Shown here: in pieces, positions 33,213 to 45,834 of the stretch
Layout: every line of letters starts with the position of its first letter
Position numbering within the stretch: the stretch's first letter is position 1
Assembly: GCF_902713615.1 (NCBI RefSeq)
Contig: NC_052168.1
Location: 2,914,001-2,978,000, forward strand
Origin: Scyliorhinus canicula
Lineage: Eukaryota
DNA length: 64,000 nt
Direction of reading: 5' to 3'
Made by a program: the position numbers and the translations under genes
Notes under the pieces: model-generated
What the model saw: the letters and a program-made list of their open reading frames with translations, nothing else
What the model was told of the DNA's origin: nothing
The model's database searches: none

Positions 33213-36200
33213 GGCGAGGTGAATCATACAGAGACACTGAGAAGCTGGAGAAACACGAGTGAGAGAGGAACCAAGAATATATTGATTGGGCAAGATGACA
33301 AATGGTGGGACGAGATTGGTGTGGAGCATAAACACTCACAGATTTGATGGGCCAAATGGCCTTTTTCAGTTCCATAAACTCAATGTAGCTAAATGAAATT
33401 TAATACAGAGGAAACATTAAGTCAATAAATTTGGTTGGATGACAAGGAGAGACAACATAAAATAAAAAGGGTCCAATTCTTCAGGGGGACCTGAGGGTAT
33501 ATCTGCAGAAGTCATTGAAGGTGGCAGACAGATTGAGAGAGTGGTTAATAAAACATCCAGTATTCTAGATTTTATTAATAGGGACGTGGAGTACAAAAGC
33601 AAGGAAGTTCTGATAAACCTCCATAAAACCCTGGGTTGGTGTCAACTGGTGTCCAGTTGTGGGCCCGCACTTTCGGAAGGATGTGAAGGTGTTCAAGGAG
33701 ATGGGGTGGACAGATCGAGAACGGGAGGCCGCAGATTTAAGATGATTGACAAAAGTTGTGCGGCAAGGTGGTTGGGGCCTGGAATGTGCGAGGAAGGCAG
33801 CTTCACTCGAAGCTTTCAAAAGGAATTTGGTGATAAACTGAAGCAAAAAGACTCACGCAGGGGGTGGGGGGGTTGAGTGACGCGAGGTGAGTTACTCTTC
33901 CAGAGGGCTAGCACAGACATAATTGGCTGAATGGCCTCCTTCAGTGCTGCAACCACTCTCCGATTCTCTGATGGCGTCACGTTTGCAGAAGATATCAGAT
34001 AATTCCTCCAACAACAAAAAAACGCCAGGAAATTACAATTCTTCAAGGTTGTTGATTTAATCTGGGCCGAAGACGGAGTTTCCACTGTCAGATTTTGAAG
34101 GGAGAGGTCAGCCAGGGTTGGCTGTGATTGGCCACTCGTGGTCCGATGGGGGCCCAGTGGGTCGCTGGTGAAGAGATTTGCCCCAGCGACAGCCAGCAGG
34201 AAGCAGGAGGAGCTTAGGGTTTTCCCCCAGTGCGTCAATGTGTCTTGTTGGTTCGAGCTGCGGGGGACAATGGCTATAGACAACACCTTGAAACACAATC
34301 TCGCTGGACAGAACAGGCATGGGATGGGACCAAATTGGGGCCTCGACCATCACTATCCATAGCTCCAGACGTACAGCATGAAAATACCACAGTGACTCGG
34401 ACATCCCGGGTGACAGACCACCCCCCAACCCCATCTGTCCCGACCTCTTTACAAAGAACTGCATTTATATATAATAAATAATAATAATCTTTATTAGTGT
34501 CACAAGTAGGCTTACATTAACACTGCAATGAAGTTATTGTGAAAATCCCCCAGTTGCCACACTCCGCCGCCTGTTCGGGTACACTGAGGGATAATTCAGA
34601 ATGTCCAATTCACCTAACAGCACGTCTTTTGGGACTTGTGGGAGGAAACCGGAGCACCCGGAGGGAACCCACGCAGACACGGGGAGAACGTGCAGACAGT
34701 GACCCAAGCCAGGACTGGAACCTGGGACCCTGGCGTCGCGAAGCAATAGTGCTAACCACTGTGCTACCATGCTCAGTTAGGGCAGCACAGTGGTTAGCAC
34801 AATCCCACAATCCAAAGATGTGCGGGTTAGGTGGATTGGCCATGATAAATTGCCCTTAGTGTCCAACAAAAGGTCAGGTGGGGCTTACTGGGTTACAGGG
34901 ATAGGGTGGAGGCGTGGGTTTAAGTAGGGTGCCCTGGGGCAGCACGATGACACAGTGGTTAGCATTGCTGCCTCCGGCGCTGAGGACCTAGGTTCGAATC
35001 CCGGCCCTGGGTCACTGTCCGTGTGGTGTTTGCACATTCTCCCCGTGTGCGTGGGTTTCACCCCAACAACCCAAAGATGTGCAGGGTAGGTGAATTGGCC
35101 GGGCTAAATTGCCCCTTAATTCGAAAAAATAATTGGGTACTATAAATAAATAAATAAATAAATAAATAGGGTGCTCTTTCCAAGAGCCGGTGCAGACTCG
35201 ATGGGTCGAATAGCCTCCTTCTGCACTGTAAATTCTATGATTCAATGATTCTATGCTGCCCCTATAGTGCCTTTCGTAACCTCCGAATTTAAGAAGCTGC
35301 TTAATAGCCAATGAAGTAGTTTAGTGAAGTGTAGTCCCTGTTGCGATGTCGGAAACATGGCTGCCAATTTGTGCACAGCAAGATCCCGCAATCTGATCAC
35401 GAGAAGATCGACTGCTTTCGGGGTGTTGATTGTGGGATGAAATGAAAAATGAAAATGGCTTATTGTCACGAGTAGGCTTCAATGAAGTTTCTGTGAAAAG
35501 CCCCTAGTCGCCACATTCCGGCGCCTGTCCGGGGAGGCTGGTACGGGATGGGTATTGGCCGGGACGCTGAGGTTCCCGACCCTGCTGTCCTGCAAACTGG
35601 TGGCCACCCAACCTGTCACCTCAGCCCAGGCAGGCAGTCCGGGACCGAGTTTCACTTCCCACCTGAAAGACGGCACCTCCAACCCTGCAGCCCCCCCCCC
35701 CCCCCCCCCCCCCCGCCCCAGTGGTGCCCCGGGCGTGTCCGCCCCCGTTATTTTATTTTTTGCCGGGGAACCCCGGTCTTTCCCGGAGCCACCGCTCCAG
35801 GCCTGAGGCACTCCGAGGAGACCGATCACCGAGGGGCAATCATATTCCCGCTCTGATTGGCTGGCGCCCCCACTTCCATTTGCAACCCTGTCACTCTCAA
35901 GCTCTTTGGTGGTTGAAAATGTGTCATCGCCCCAGGGCCGGGCACGCCAGGCGTGGAACAGGTTCTGACTAACACCATCTCTCAACTGCAAAGCTGTGAT
36001 AAAAACAGACAACCCAAATCAAACGGGAACCATTTATTCCAACACAAAGATAATTATATTCACACCAGAACTCAACCAGTCGATACCGCTGAGTTTTTCT
36101 GAAATATTTCCCTTGAACTCTTCTCTGCTTTCCTGAAAACCCAGATGATCACTCCGACAAGGATAACAAGTTATCTCACACAGCAGCTATCTTCACCGTT

Positions 36201-36301
36201 AACCCGTGACACTCCACTCCTGTCCACAGTCAGTGCGACTCGGGCATTTGCACATTCACAGCGAGACATTTCGGCCCGTAATCCAGGCTGATACTCAGTT
36301 C

Positions 36302-37552
36302 AATACTGAGGGAGTGCTGCACTGTCAGAGGGTCAGTACTGAGGGAGTGCCGCACTGTCAGAGGGTCAGTACTGAGGGAGCGCTGCACTGTCAGAGGGTC
36401 AGTACTGAGGGAGTGCTGCGCTGTCAGAGGGTCAGTACTGAGGGAGTGCTGCACTGTCAGAGGGTCAGTACTGAGGGAGTGCCGCACTGTCAGAGGGTCA
36501 GTACTGAGGGAGTGCTGCACTGTCAGAGGGTCAGTACTGAGGGAGTGCCGCACTGTCAGAGGGTCAGTACTGAGGGAGTGCCGCACTGTCAGAGGGTCAG
36601 TACTGAGGGAGTGCCGCACTGTCAGAGGTCAGTACTGAGGGAGTGCTGCCCTGTCAGAGGGTCAGTACTGAGGGAGTGCTGCACTGTCAGAGGGTCAGTA
36701 CTGAGGGAGTGCCGCACTGTCAGAGGGTCAGTACTGAGGGAGTGCTGCACTGTCAGAGGGTCAGTGCCGAGGGAGTGCCGCACTGTCAGAGGGTCAGTAC
36801 TGAGGGAGTGCAGCACTGTCAGAGGGTCAGTACTGAGGGAGTGCTGCACTGTCAGAGGGTCAGTACTGAGGGAGTGCCGCACTGTCAGAGGGTCAGTACT
36901 GAGGGAGTGCCGCACTGTCAGAGGGTCAGTACTGAGGGAGTGCCGCACTGTCAGAGGGTCAGTACTGAGGGAGTGCCGCACTGTCAGAGGGTCAGTACTG
37001 AGGGAGTTCTGCACTGTCAGAGGGTCAGTACTGAGGGAGTGCCGCACTGTCAGAGTGGAGGGTCAGTACTGAGGGAGTGCTGCACTGTCAGAGGGTCAGT
37101 ACTGAGCGAGTGCTGCACTGTCAGAGAGTCAGTACTGAGGGAGTGCTGCACTGTCAGAGGGTCAGTACTGAGGGAGTGCTGCACTGTCAGAGGGTCAGTA
37201 CTGAGGGAGTGCTGCACTGTCAGAGGGTCAGTACTGAGGGAGTGCCGCACTGTCAGAGGGTCAGTACTGAGGGAGTGCTGCACTGTCAGAGGGTCAGTAC
37301 TGAGGGAGTGCCGCACTGTCAGAGGGTCAGTACTGAGGGAGTGCCGCACTGTCAGAGGGTCAGTACTGAGGGAGTGCTGCACTGTCAGAGGGTCAGTACT
37401 GAGGGAGTGCTGCACTGTCAGAGGGTCAGTACTGAGGGAGTGCTGCACTGTCAGAGGGTCAGTACTGAGGGAGTGCCGCACTGTCAGAGGGTCAGTACTG
37501 AGGGAGTGCCGCACTGTCAGAGGGTCAGTACTGAGGGAGTGCTGCACTGTCG
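36302..37552 (+). repeat. Same 33-bp minisatellite, ~38 copies
   Basis: Tandem unit as above, preceded by AATCCAGGCTGATACT (DeuSINE-like). Confidence 0.97.
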
Positions 37553-37944
37553 GATGTTTAAACTATTAAACCCAATCCCAAGATCCTGTTCAGTGGCTGG
37601 AGAGTAAAATGTACCATGTAGCCTTTGGAAGAAAAGGAATTCTGGAAATATTAATTCCTCTCTCAACAACAATAACAGATTATTTTTTCACTGTCGGTTT
37701 TGCCATCTTGGTTTGTAAAATCTTTCCACCTTGTTCTCACTCCAGAAAGATTTTGTTGACTGAGAAACGCTTTGCGACATCCCGAGGTTGTGAAAGGCGC
37801 TATATAAACGCTGACTTTTTCTGTTCTTTCAAAGACACGTCACAGAAAAACTGCCAAACTTGTTTTCCGGGTTCTGCTCCGTCCAACTTTCATTTCACTT
37901 CACGAAACGGTCCATTGCAGCGCGACTGCTTAATCCGACTCTGT

Positions 37945-38444
37945 NNNNNNNNNNNNNNNNNNNNNNNNNNNNNNNNNNNNNNNNNNNNNNNNNNNNNNNN
38001 NNNNNNNNNNNNNNNNNNNNNNNNNNNNNNNNNNNNNNNNNNNNNNNNNNNNNNNNNNNNNNNNNNNNNNNNNNNNNNNNNNNNNNNNNNNNNNNNNNNN
38101 NNNNNNNNNNNNNNNNNNNNNNNNNNNNNNNNNNNNNNNNNNNNNNNNNNNNNNNNNNNNNNNNNNNNNNNNNNNNNNNNNNNNNNNNNNNNNNNNNNNN
38201 NNNNNNNNNNNNNNNNNNNNNNNNNNNNNNNNNNNNNNNNNNNNNNNNNNNNNNNNNNNNNNNNNNNNNNNNNNNNNNNNNNNNNNNNNNNNNNNNNNNN
38301 NNNNNNNNNNNNNNNNNNNNNNNNNNNNNNNNNNNNNNNNNNNNNNNNNNNNNNNNNNNNNNNNNNNNNNNNNNNNNNNNNNNNNNNNNNNNNNNNNNNN
38401 NNNNNNNNNNNNNNNNNNNNNNNNNNNNNNNNNNNNNNNNNNNN
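37945..38444. other. Assembly gap (500 N)
   Basis: Run of exactly 500 N, suggesting a fixed-size scaffolding join. Confidence 0.99.
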
Positions 38445-38760
38445 TCCATCCTCAACCTCCCCTCCCCATCCTCAACCTCCCCTCCCCATCCTCAACCTCC
38501 CCTCAACCTCCCCTCCCCTCCCCTCAACCTCCCCTCCCCTCCCTCAACCTCCCCCCTCCCTCAACCTCCCCTCCCTCAACCTCCCCCTCCCCCAACCTCC
38601 CTCAACCTCACCTCCCCTCCCTCAACCTCACCTCCCCTCCCTCAACCTCACCTCCCCTCCCTCAACCTCACCTCCCCTCCCTCAACCTATCCTCCCCTCC
38701 CTCAACCTATCCTCCCCTCCCTCAACCTATCCTCCCCTCCCTCAACCTATCCTCCCCCCC
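38445..38760. repeat. C-rich ~20-bp repeat (CCTCAACCTCACCTCCCCTC) at the start of SYNGR1 intron 1
   Basis: Direct inspection; G-rich on the transcribed strand. Confidence 0.92.
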
Positions 38761-39040
38761 CGGCACTCACCCAGCTGACGGCCCTGGCTATGGTCTGCGG
38801 CTGCCGGATGAAGGTGAGCGGGTCGAAGGCTCCCCCGGCCCTGCCGGCTCCATAAGCCGCTCCTGGTGCAGTCTCCATCTTCCTGCAGCCTCCTCCTGGC
38901 GGCGGGCACAGCGAGGGGGGGCGAGCGGGGCGGGAGCGCGCAGGCGGCGCGCGCCGAGAGGCGGGGCCGGGGCCGAGGGGGGCGTGGCCCGGGCGGGGCC
39001 GGCACCGACGGGAGCCGCGCGGTGCCGAAGGGGCTGGGGT
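38760..39040 (-). promoter_or_regulatory. CpG island / GC-box promoter of SYNGR1
   Basis: Very GC-rich, with several GGGCGG/GGCGGGG boxes around exon 1. Confidence 0.75.
38771..38878 (-). CDS. SYNGR1: Synaptogyrin (most like synaptogyrin-1), coding exon 1 only
   Basis: METAPGAAYGAGRAGGAFDPLTFIRQPQTIARAVSW then phase-0 donor GTGAGT. Resembles SYNGR1 AYGAGKAGGAFDP...RQP.TILR.VSW and is divergent from RPL3 as in human. Later exons were not found. Confidence 0.88.
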
Positions 39041-39974
39041 GGGAAAAGGCGATTGAGAAACAGAATTCAAAACTGACCAAATCTGCAAGGAAACCTCCAA
39101 TAATTAATCCCAATCTGTTTAATTTCAATTGTCCCCAGTTAGAGTGTTCAAAATTACACAGCTGATAAATTAATCTGACTGAAAAATTATATTCATGTTA
39201 ACTATAAAAATTTAAATATTGTACATATTTATTTAACATATTTGACCTAAAGATAAGCAATCGGCAGCACGGTGCTGCAGTGGTTAGCACTGCTGCCTCA
39301 TGGCGCCGAGGTCCCAGGTTCGATCCCGACTCTGGGTCACCGTCCGTGTGGAGTTAGCACATTCTCCCCGTGTTTGCGTGGGTTTCGCCCCCACAACCCA
39401 AAGATGTGCAGGGTAGGTGGATTGGCCACTCTAAATTGCCCCTTAATTGGAAAAAATGAAATGGGTACTCTAAATTAAAAAAAATATATAAACAATCATT
39501 GTCACATTGATGTTTATATTAAATACAGATTATTTATTGTTTCAACATTATTGTAATATTCATATTTATATTATATAATGTTCAAATCATATGATCTGGA
39601 TCTTTTTAGCTGTCCAGATCACCAACAAGCTGTCCTGGTTCCCCCCGTGCTTTTGGGCAACACGGCAGCACAGTGGTTAGCACTGTTGCTTCACAGCTCC
39701 AGGGTCCCAGGTTCCATTCACGGCTTGGGTCACTGTCTGTGCGGAGTCTGCACGTTCTCCCTGTGTCTGCATGGGTTTTCTCCGGGTGCTCCGGTTTCCT
39801 CCCACAGTCCAAAGATGTGCAAGTTAGGTGGATTGTCCGTGCTGAATTGCCCTTAGTGTCCAAAAAAAGGTTAGGAGGAGTTATTGGGTTGGGGGATAGG
39901 TGGGAATGAGGGCTTAAGTGGGTCAGTGCAGAGGCGATGGGCCAAATGGCCTCCTTCTGCACTGTATGTTCTCT

Positions 39975-40535
39975 GCCGATACTATAGTTAAGAAAGCCCA
40001 CCAACGACTACTTTCTCAGAAGAATAAGGAAATTTGGCATGTCAGCTATGACTCTCACCAACTCTTACAGTTGCACCATAGAAAGCATTCTTTCTGGTTG
40101 TATCACAGCTTGGTATGGTCCCTGCTCTGCCCAACATCGCAGGAAACTACAAAAGGTTGTGAATGTAGCCCAAACCATCACGCAAACCAGCCTCCCATCC
40201 ATTGACTCTGTCTACAATTCCCGCTGCCTCGGAAAGGCAGCCAGCATAATTAAGGACCCCACGCACCCCGGACATACTCTCAACCACTTACTTCCGTCAG
40301 GAAAAAGATACAAAGGTTTGAGGTCACGTGCCAAGCGACTCAAGAACAGCTTCTTCCCTGCTGCCATCAGACTTTTGAATGGACCTACCTCGTATTAAGT
40401 TGATCTTTTCTCTACACCCTTGCTATGACTGTAACATTATATTCTGCAGTCTCTCCTTCCTTCCCTATGCATTGTCTGTATAGCATGCAAGAAACAATAC
40501 TTTTCACTGTATACATGTGACAGTAATAATAATAA
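39975..40535 (+). mobile_element. Rex1/Babar-like LINE 3' end
   Basis: CTIESILSGCITAWYG.CSAQ.R.KLQ.VV...IIKDPTHPGH...LLPSGKRY.....RLKNSFFP. Confidence 0.82.
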
Positions 40536-43500
40536 TTGAAATCAAATTTGGGGCAGCGCGGTAGCATTGTGGATAGCACAATCGCTTACCAGCTCCAGGG
40601 TCCCAGGTTCGATTACGGCTTGGGTCACTGTCTGTGTGGAGTCTGCACATCCTCCCCGTGTGTGTGTGGGTTTCCTCCGGGTGCTCCGGTTTCCTCCCAC
40701 AGTCCAAAGATGTGTAGGTTAGGTGGATTGGCCATGATAAATAGCCCTTAGTGTCCAAAATTGCCCTTAGTGTTGGGTGGGGTTACTGGGTTATGGAGAT
40801 AGGGTGGAGGTGTTAACCATGGGTAGGGTGCTCTTTCCAGGAGCCAGTGCAGACTCGATGGGCCAAATGGCCTCCTTCTGCACTGTAAATTCTATGTAAA
40901 TTCTATATGTAATATATAAGATAATTACAAGTTAAATATATATTTAAACTATTATTACTCAAGTTACACAGTCTGGTAAATACATTTTAAATATTAACAT
41001 TCACGTTAAACTTGTAAATGTATCAAAAATATTAATTTTCATATCACGTAATCTAAGTGCATTAAAAACATAACCACGCCTATTCAATAATCCTTTAAAC
41101 GTATTTAAAATAATGCACAGCGTTCTCAATAACCTTGTAATTGTAATTAAAAATGATCATGTTTCATCTTGTGATGGTGTCAGGAATGTTAATCCAAGTA
41201 TATTAAAAGCATAGCTATCCCTCTGAAATTATCATTTAAATACGTATCAAAATATTTGTTAAATAATCTCATATATATCAAAAACTCACATATTGCATGG
41301 TAAATAATCATGTAAATACCGTTAAAATATTACCGTGCATTCCAAATAATCTTGTAAATATATTTAAAACATCATGACTATATTAAATGGCATGTTGAAA
41401 GGATTGAATTTGTATTACATCCATCCGCAAGATGCCATATTGTAACGGGTAAGTGATTTTTGACAGGTTAACTGATGATCAGTGAAAGGAATTATTATAA
41501 TTTGTTGTATCACTACAAAGTGAAATCACCTTCTTTTTGCTCCCTCTCTCAATGCTGTGGACATGGCCCCACATATCAGTGAGGCTTGAATTCGGAGTAA
41601 GACGGTCAGTCAGGTTGACCAGTGGATAGCTGACATGTACAGACCAGGAAGGTCATAGGTTCAATCCCTGATCTATCCAGAACCAAGCCGAGTGGTTCCG
41701 GAGGAGCAATGATTGATTCCCAGGTTAGACAAAGGAAAAATCAATCATTGTTGTTTCTACATGTGCTGGTGTGTGTTGTGAATATGTTGTTCAGGGCAGA
41801 TTTAGGGTTAGAACGTGATACCTGCCAATGTCAAACAGCTGCCAATTCTCTTTTTTTTTAAATAAAAATAGAGTACCCAACTTTTTTCCAATTGAGGGAC
41901 AATTTTGTGTGGCCAATCCACCCACCCTGCACACTTTGAGTTGTGGGGGTGAGACCCACGCAGACACGGGGAGAATGTGTAAACCCAAACGGGCAGTGAC
42001 CCGGGGCTGGGATCGAGTGATGGGACATTAAACTAAGGCCATGGCTGCCTTTCCATCCTAGAGATGGCACATCTGACATTGCAGAACTCCTTCAATACTG
42101 TTAAATTGATTCTGGACCAGTCGGTGAATTATGAAGCTGGACATCAATATCTACTTTTTGATAATGGGCTTATTCACAAATACTGCATTTCACCTGCTTG
42201 CTGCCTGCAATCCAGTGCCCCAGCAGTTTCTCTTTGTAAATGCTCTAAGTACTCATGAAACAATGCCCTTCACCTGTATACCTTTTTTTTTTAAATTTAG
42301 AGTAACCAATTCATTTTTTCCAATTAAGGGGCAATTTAGTATGACCAATCCACCTACCCTGCACATCTTTGAGTTGTGGGGGCGAAACCCACGCAAACAC
42401 GGGGAGAATGTGTAAACTCCACCCGGACAGTGACCCAGAGCCGGGATCGAACCTGGGACCTCGGCGCCATGACGCAGCAGTGCTAACCACTGCGCCACCG
42501 TGCTGCCCCAGACTGTATAGTTGATCACTGGGAAGTATGTTTCCCAAGGTGTTTATTTGCTGTAACCTGTTTTGATACATGTTTGTAATAAAATACATTT
42601 TTCTAAAAATTAACCTATGGAGTCAGCACCCAATAATCGGCATTGTGGTCTATTGCACATGAGTTAGTGGAGGACTAGGGCGTTAGTTCCCAACTTGACA
42701 AGGTAGAGGACAGAGTAGCTGGCATCATTTCTGTTGCAACCCCATAGATAGGGGGGGGGGGTGGATTTTCTGCCCCCCCAACCCCCCCAGCATTTTTCTT
42801 GGCAGCGGGTGCTGACCAGCCATTGGTTGATGACAGAATCTTCTCTCAATGGGATTGCCCATTGAATCCACCCCAGCCGTCCCCCACCCCCTGCTGTCAG
42901 GAAACCTTTCGTTTTAAAATAAGTTTACATCACCCAATTTTTTTCCATTTAAGGGGCAATAAAGCATGGCCAGTTCACTTGCCCTGCACATCTTTGGGTT
43001 GTGGGGGGTGAGAATATGCCAACTCCACACGGACGGGCAGCACGTGGCGGAGTGGTTAGCACTGGGACTGCGGCGCTGAGGACCCGGGTTCAAATCCTGG
43101 CTCTGGGTCACTGTCCGTGTGGGGTTTGCACATTCTCCCCGTGTCTGCGTGGGTTTCGCCCCCACAACCCAAAGACGTGCAGGCTAGGTGGATTAGCCAC
43201 GCTAAATTGTCCCTTAATTGGGAAAAAAAGTTAGGTACTCAAAATTTTTTTTTTAAAGACTCCACACGGACAGTGACCCGCCCGGGGCCGGGATCGAACC
43301 TTGGTCCTCGGCGCCGTGAGGCAGCAGTGCTAACCCACTGCGCCACCGTGACACCCCTCCAATATCATATTCTAACTATATTCTGGGTATTGCCACCCTC
43401 CCTGGTCCCAATGTCCTAGGGTTGTGGGTTCAGAGGAGGTTACGGTGAGAAGGATGGGAATTTGAAAATGAAGCTGCTTCCAGACCAGAAGCCAAACCTG

Positions 43501-44502
43501 TGATCGAGCAGAGGGGTAATGGGACAGGGTGTGAGCTTGGATATGGGACAACCGATGGTGGAAGGTGTGAGGCTGGCCAGGAGTGGGTAACAAAGGCATG
43601 GATGAAGGTTTCAGCAGCAAACAACCTGGAGTAAGGGTACGGTCCACTTTTTCATCCGACGCTCCATCTGGCCTGAAATTTGAAAGGTTTGAATTGACCT
43701 GTTCTTGGCACTGTTGTCTTATTGATCGATGAACCCTCCCGAACATCTGCAGTCTAAGACATGTGCAAATGATGGGTTCAAACCTTCTATACTGTTGCTT
43801 CACAGCGCCAGGGTCCCAGGTTCGATTCCCGGCTTGGGTCACTGTCTGGGCGCAGCCTGCATCATAATAATAATTGTTGGCTTCAATTAAGTTACTGTGA
43901 AAAACCCCTAGTCACCACATTCCGGCGCCTGTTCGGGGAGGCATGGTACGTTCTCCCCGTGTCTACGTGGGTTTCCTCCAGGTGCTCCGGTTTCCTCCCA
44001 CAAGTCCTGAAAGATGTGCTGTAAGGTGAATGGGACATTTCGAATTCTCCCTCCGTGTACCCGAACAGACGCCGGAATGTGGTGACTAGGGGCTTTTCAC
44101 AGGAACTTCATTGCAGTGTGAATGTCAGCCTACCTGTGACAATAATGCAGATTATTATTATAGTGCCTCATAGCTCACAACAAGGTAGCCCATGAAGGCA
44201 AGAGGTTTGGGCACCGTCTCGCATCATGAAATAATTTTGCTGTGAATTGCTTTTGAAACAATATAATTCCCAATCTCCTCTTTATGCTGGAGGTGTCCCT
44301 TTAATTGTCCATCATTTGTTGCATTTTTGATCATCCATAATTGGATCTTATCGAGTTTCCTCATTAATAAAACAACAGCACTTCAACAGGCAAGTGAAGG
44401 TCAGGAGTATCACAAAGTGAACAGTAGGTCTGGTTGTTCGGAAACATATCGGGCACATCATGGGTTGAAGGTGCAGCGTCTGGTTCAGGCAATGTGACCT
44501 TC

Positions 44503-44726
44503 AGGGCGGCAGGGTGGTGCAGTGGGTTAGCACTGCTGCCTCACGGCGCCAAGGTCCCCAGGTTCGATCCCGGCTCTGGGTCACTGTCCATGTGGAGTTT
44601 GCACATTCTCCCCGTGTTTGCGTGGGTTTCGCCCCCAAAGATGTGCAGGGTGGGTGGATTGGCCACGCTAAATTGCCCCTTAATTGGAAAAAATTAATTG
44701 GGTGCTCTAAATTTTTTTTTTAAAAA
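44503..44726 (+). mobile_element. Short V-SINE with perfect 16-bp TSD
   Basis: AGGCAATGTGACCTTC at 44487-44502 and 44727-44742. Confidence 0.93.
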
Positions 44727-45834
44727 AGGCAATGTGACCTTCTAACAAAATCAGGAAATGAAGATTTAATTATAATACATTCCAGTGGGAATTGGTTGAT
44801 CAGGTCTGTGTGTGTGCGTGTGGGTCTGTGTGTGTGTGCGTGTGGGTCTGTGTCTGTCTGTGTGAGTAAGTGTGAGAGAAAGACTGCGTGTGGATTGGTA
44901 GCTTTACTTGCTGTCACGTCATGTTAAAATTAATTTGCCCGCCTCTCAAAATAATAGTTCTTCCGTCACCATCAATCTATCAGCCCCTCCTGAGCAATTT
45001 ACACAATTTGTATTTCTGGTTGAAAAATGTTTTTGGAGGGAGAGCAGGGAGTTCTCCCCGGTGTCCTGGATCAATATTAATCCCGCAATCAAAATCACTG
45101 AAACATTTTAAAACAACAAAGTCTTGGGAGTACTCAGCAGGCCTGACAGCAGCGTGGAGACAGAAACAGAGTTAACGATTCGAGTCCAATACGGCTCTTC
45201 AGAACAAAAACATTTCACAATAAATCATTATGGGGGCAGTAAGAGGGTGCAGTGGTTAGCCCTGCTGCCTCATGGCGGCGAGGACCCAGGTTTGATCCTG
45301 GCCCTGGGTCAATGTCCGCGTGGAGTTTGCATGTTCTCCCCATGTCTAATTGGGTCTCACACCCACAACCCAAAGATGCGGACGGTAGGTGGATTGGCCA
45401 CGCTAAATTGCCTCTTAATTGGGGGGGAAAAAAATTGGGCACTTTAAATTTATTATTTAAAAAACTCCTCAGTGTTGCGAGAGATCGGGATGTCATTTAA
45501 AAATAGAGCCCCCGAAGCGACCCCTGACCCTCGTCTAGTTCCAATCAACTATGAGGAGGAAACCAGGCCACAGCCTCCTCTCACACCCACAAGGGGCCCT
45601 ATTGCAACTGTGAAAAATGTATCTGCCACCTTGGCAATGCCAACCTGGTACCCTGGCAGTACCCATGCCAGCTGGCAGTGCCACCTGGGCAGTGTCAGGC
45701 TGGGGCTCAGGTGGCAGTGCCAGGTAACCATCCTGCCCAAAGGGTATGCACCTGGGGGCCTCCGTTACCTTGGAAGATCCCCATCAGTGCTGTTTGCCTG
45801 GTCCCCATTTGTGGAGGCTGGTACTGAACAATGA

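Noticed and set aside
33816-34464. Minus-strand ORFs as missing SYNGR1 exons or a FOXRED2 exon
   Set aside because: No resemblance to synaptogyrin transmembrane segments or any protein I recognise.
36302-37552. CRISPR-like appearance of the 33-bp arrays
   Set aside because: Units are head-to-tail with no unique spacers, there are no cas genes, and the context is vertebrate.
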